From a virus (lineage: Duplodnaviria > Heunggongvirae > Uroviricota > Caudoviricetes), in IMG/VR virus record IMGVR_UViG_2675903436_000002, positions 1 through 18,683 of that record: DNA of 18,683 nt; one strand, 5' to 3'. A model generated the notes under the pieces. The model did not search any database, was not told the origin of the DNA, and worked only from the letters and a program-made list of their open reading frames with translations. Shown piece by piece: positions 17,430-18,683 of this stretch; positions within the stretch are counted from its first letter, which is position 1, and every line of letters begins with the position of its first letter. The translations under genes were made by a program, and so were the position numbers.

Positions 17430-18683
17430 TTACGCACGAATGGTGTAATCACCAATGCCGATCCACTTGTAAGTGGTCAGTGCTTCCAGCCCCATTGGGC
17501 CACGCGCGTGGAGTTTTTGTGTGCTTACCGCCACTTCCGCACCCAGACCAAACTGGCCGCCGTCGGTAAAACGCGTAGAGGCGTTAACGTAAACAGCGGA
17601 CGAATCCACTTCGTTAACAAAACGCTGGGCGTTGCGCATATCGCGGGTCAGGATCGCATCGGAGTGTTGTGTGCCGTGTTCACGAATATGGGCGATGGCA
17701 TCGTCAAGATCGCTGACGATTTTGACGTTCAAATCTAATGACAGAAACTCATCGTCATACTCTTCGGCTTTAACAGCAACCACCTTCGCAGGGCCTGCCT
17801 GCAACTGCGCCAGTGCAGCTGCATCTGCGTGTAATGTCACGCCGCTTTCCGCCATTTGTTTGCTTAATGCGGGCAGGAAGCTATCGGCGATGTTTTTATT
17901 CACCAGCAACGTTTCAACCGTATTACATGTGCTCGGACGCTGAGTTTTCGCGTTGACGATCACTTTTAATGCTTCAGCGATCTCTACACTTTCATCAACG
18001 TAAATATGGCATACGCCTATACCACCTGTGATCACCGGGATTGTCGACTGTTCACGGCACAGTTTATGCAAACCAGCGCCACCACGCGGGATCAGCATGT
18101 CGATGTATTTATCCATACGCAGCATTTCACTGACCAGCGCACGGTCAGGATTATCAATCGCCTGCACGGCACCCGCCGGTAAGCCGCAGGATTTCAGGGC
18201 GTCCTGAATCACCGCCACCGTTGCAGCGTTAGTGCGACACGTTTCTTTGCCACCGCGCAGGATCACCGCATTACCGGTTTTCAGGCACAGCGAAGCGACA
18301 TCAACCGTCACGTTCGGGCGCGCTTCATAAATCACGCCAATAACCCCCAGCGGTACGCGACGACGCTCAAGACGCAGGCCGCTGTCCAGTACGCCGCCAT
18401 CGATTACCTGCCCCACCGGATCGGCGAGGTTGCACACCTGACGTACATCGTCGGCAATGCCTTTCAGCCGTGCGGGCGTCAGTGCCAGACGGTCAAGCAT
18501 CGCTTCGCTAAGGCCATTGGCTCGCGCGTCAGCAACATCCTGGGCGTTAGCGTTGAGGATGATTTCGCTTTGTGCTTCCAGTTCATCGGCGATTTTTTCC
18601 AGCACGCGATTTTTTTCGCGGCTGGAGAGTTGCGCTAATTTATACGAGGCTTGCTTCGCGGCAATGCCCATTTGTTCCAGCAT
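17430..18683 (-). CDS. proA: Gamma-glutamyl phosphate reductase (ProA)
   Basis: 417 aa starting [38 protein letters not shown]..., an aldehyde-dehydrogenase-fold protein matching E. coli ProA; start codon is the last three bases of the window. Confidence 0.95.

Noticed and set aside
17349-17943. Plus-strand ORFs 17349..17738 and 17632..17943
   Set aside because: Antisense to proA, which is confidently identified over its whole length.

Overview
The window reads as an Escherichia coli-type chromosomal segment. The right end carries proA (complete, minus strand) and a tRNA-Thr (thrW-like) gene, with a P22-type tyrosine integrase abutting the tRNA 3' end. Leftwards from there is about 17 kb of a heavily degraded, mosaic lambdoid prophage. 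It contains xis-int and a lambda-type exo with a 5'-truncated bet; a nin/antiterminator block on the opposite strand (ninB-like, ninE-like, DUF1364-like, rusA, ylcG-like, Q); an OmpC-family porin moron; a phage-21/DLP12-style lysis cassette (holin, SAR endolysin, Rz with embedded Rz1) with convergent bor; a cos-like site with an intact small terminase and a truncated large terminase; and an 1103-codon chimeric ORF (tape-measure-like N-terminus, tail-fibre body, C-terminal intramolecular-chaperone domain). No repressor/immunity, replication, head or tail-shaft genes are present, so the element looks cryptic. Left of the fibre ORF is cargo: a GIY-YIG-domain protein of unknown function (my best candidate for something undescribed), an AT-rich AppY/EnvY-like AraC regulator, and the right end of an IS2-like insertion sequence at the window edge. 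All homology statements come from reading the translated ORFs against remembered protein families; no search or computation was run. One caveat: my reading of the printed sequence disagrees by one base with the ORF track between about 1800 and 1921, so coordinates I derived in 1425..1920 may be off by one; I used the track for the ORF itself.
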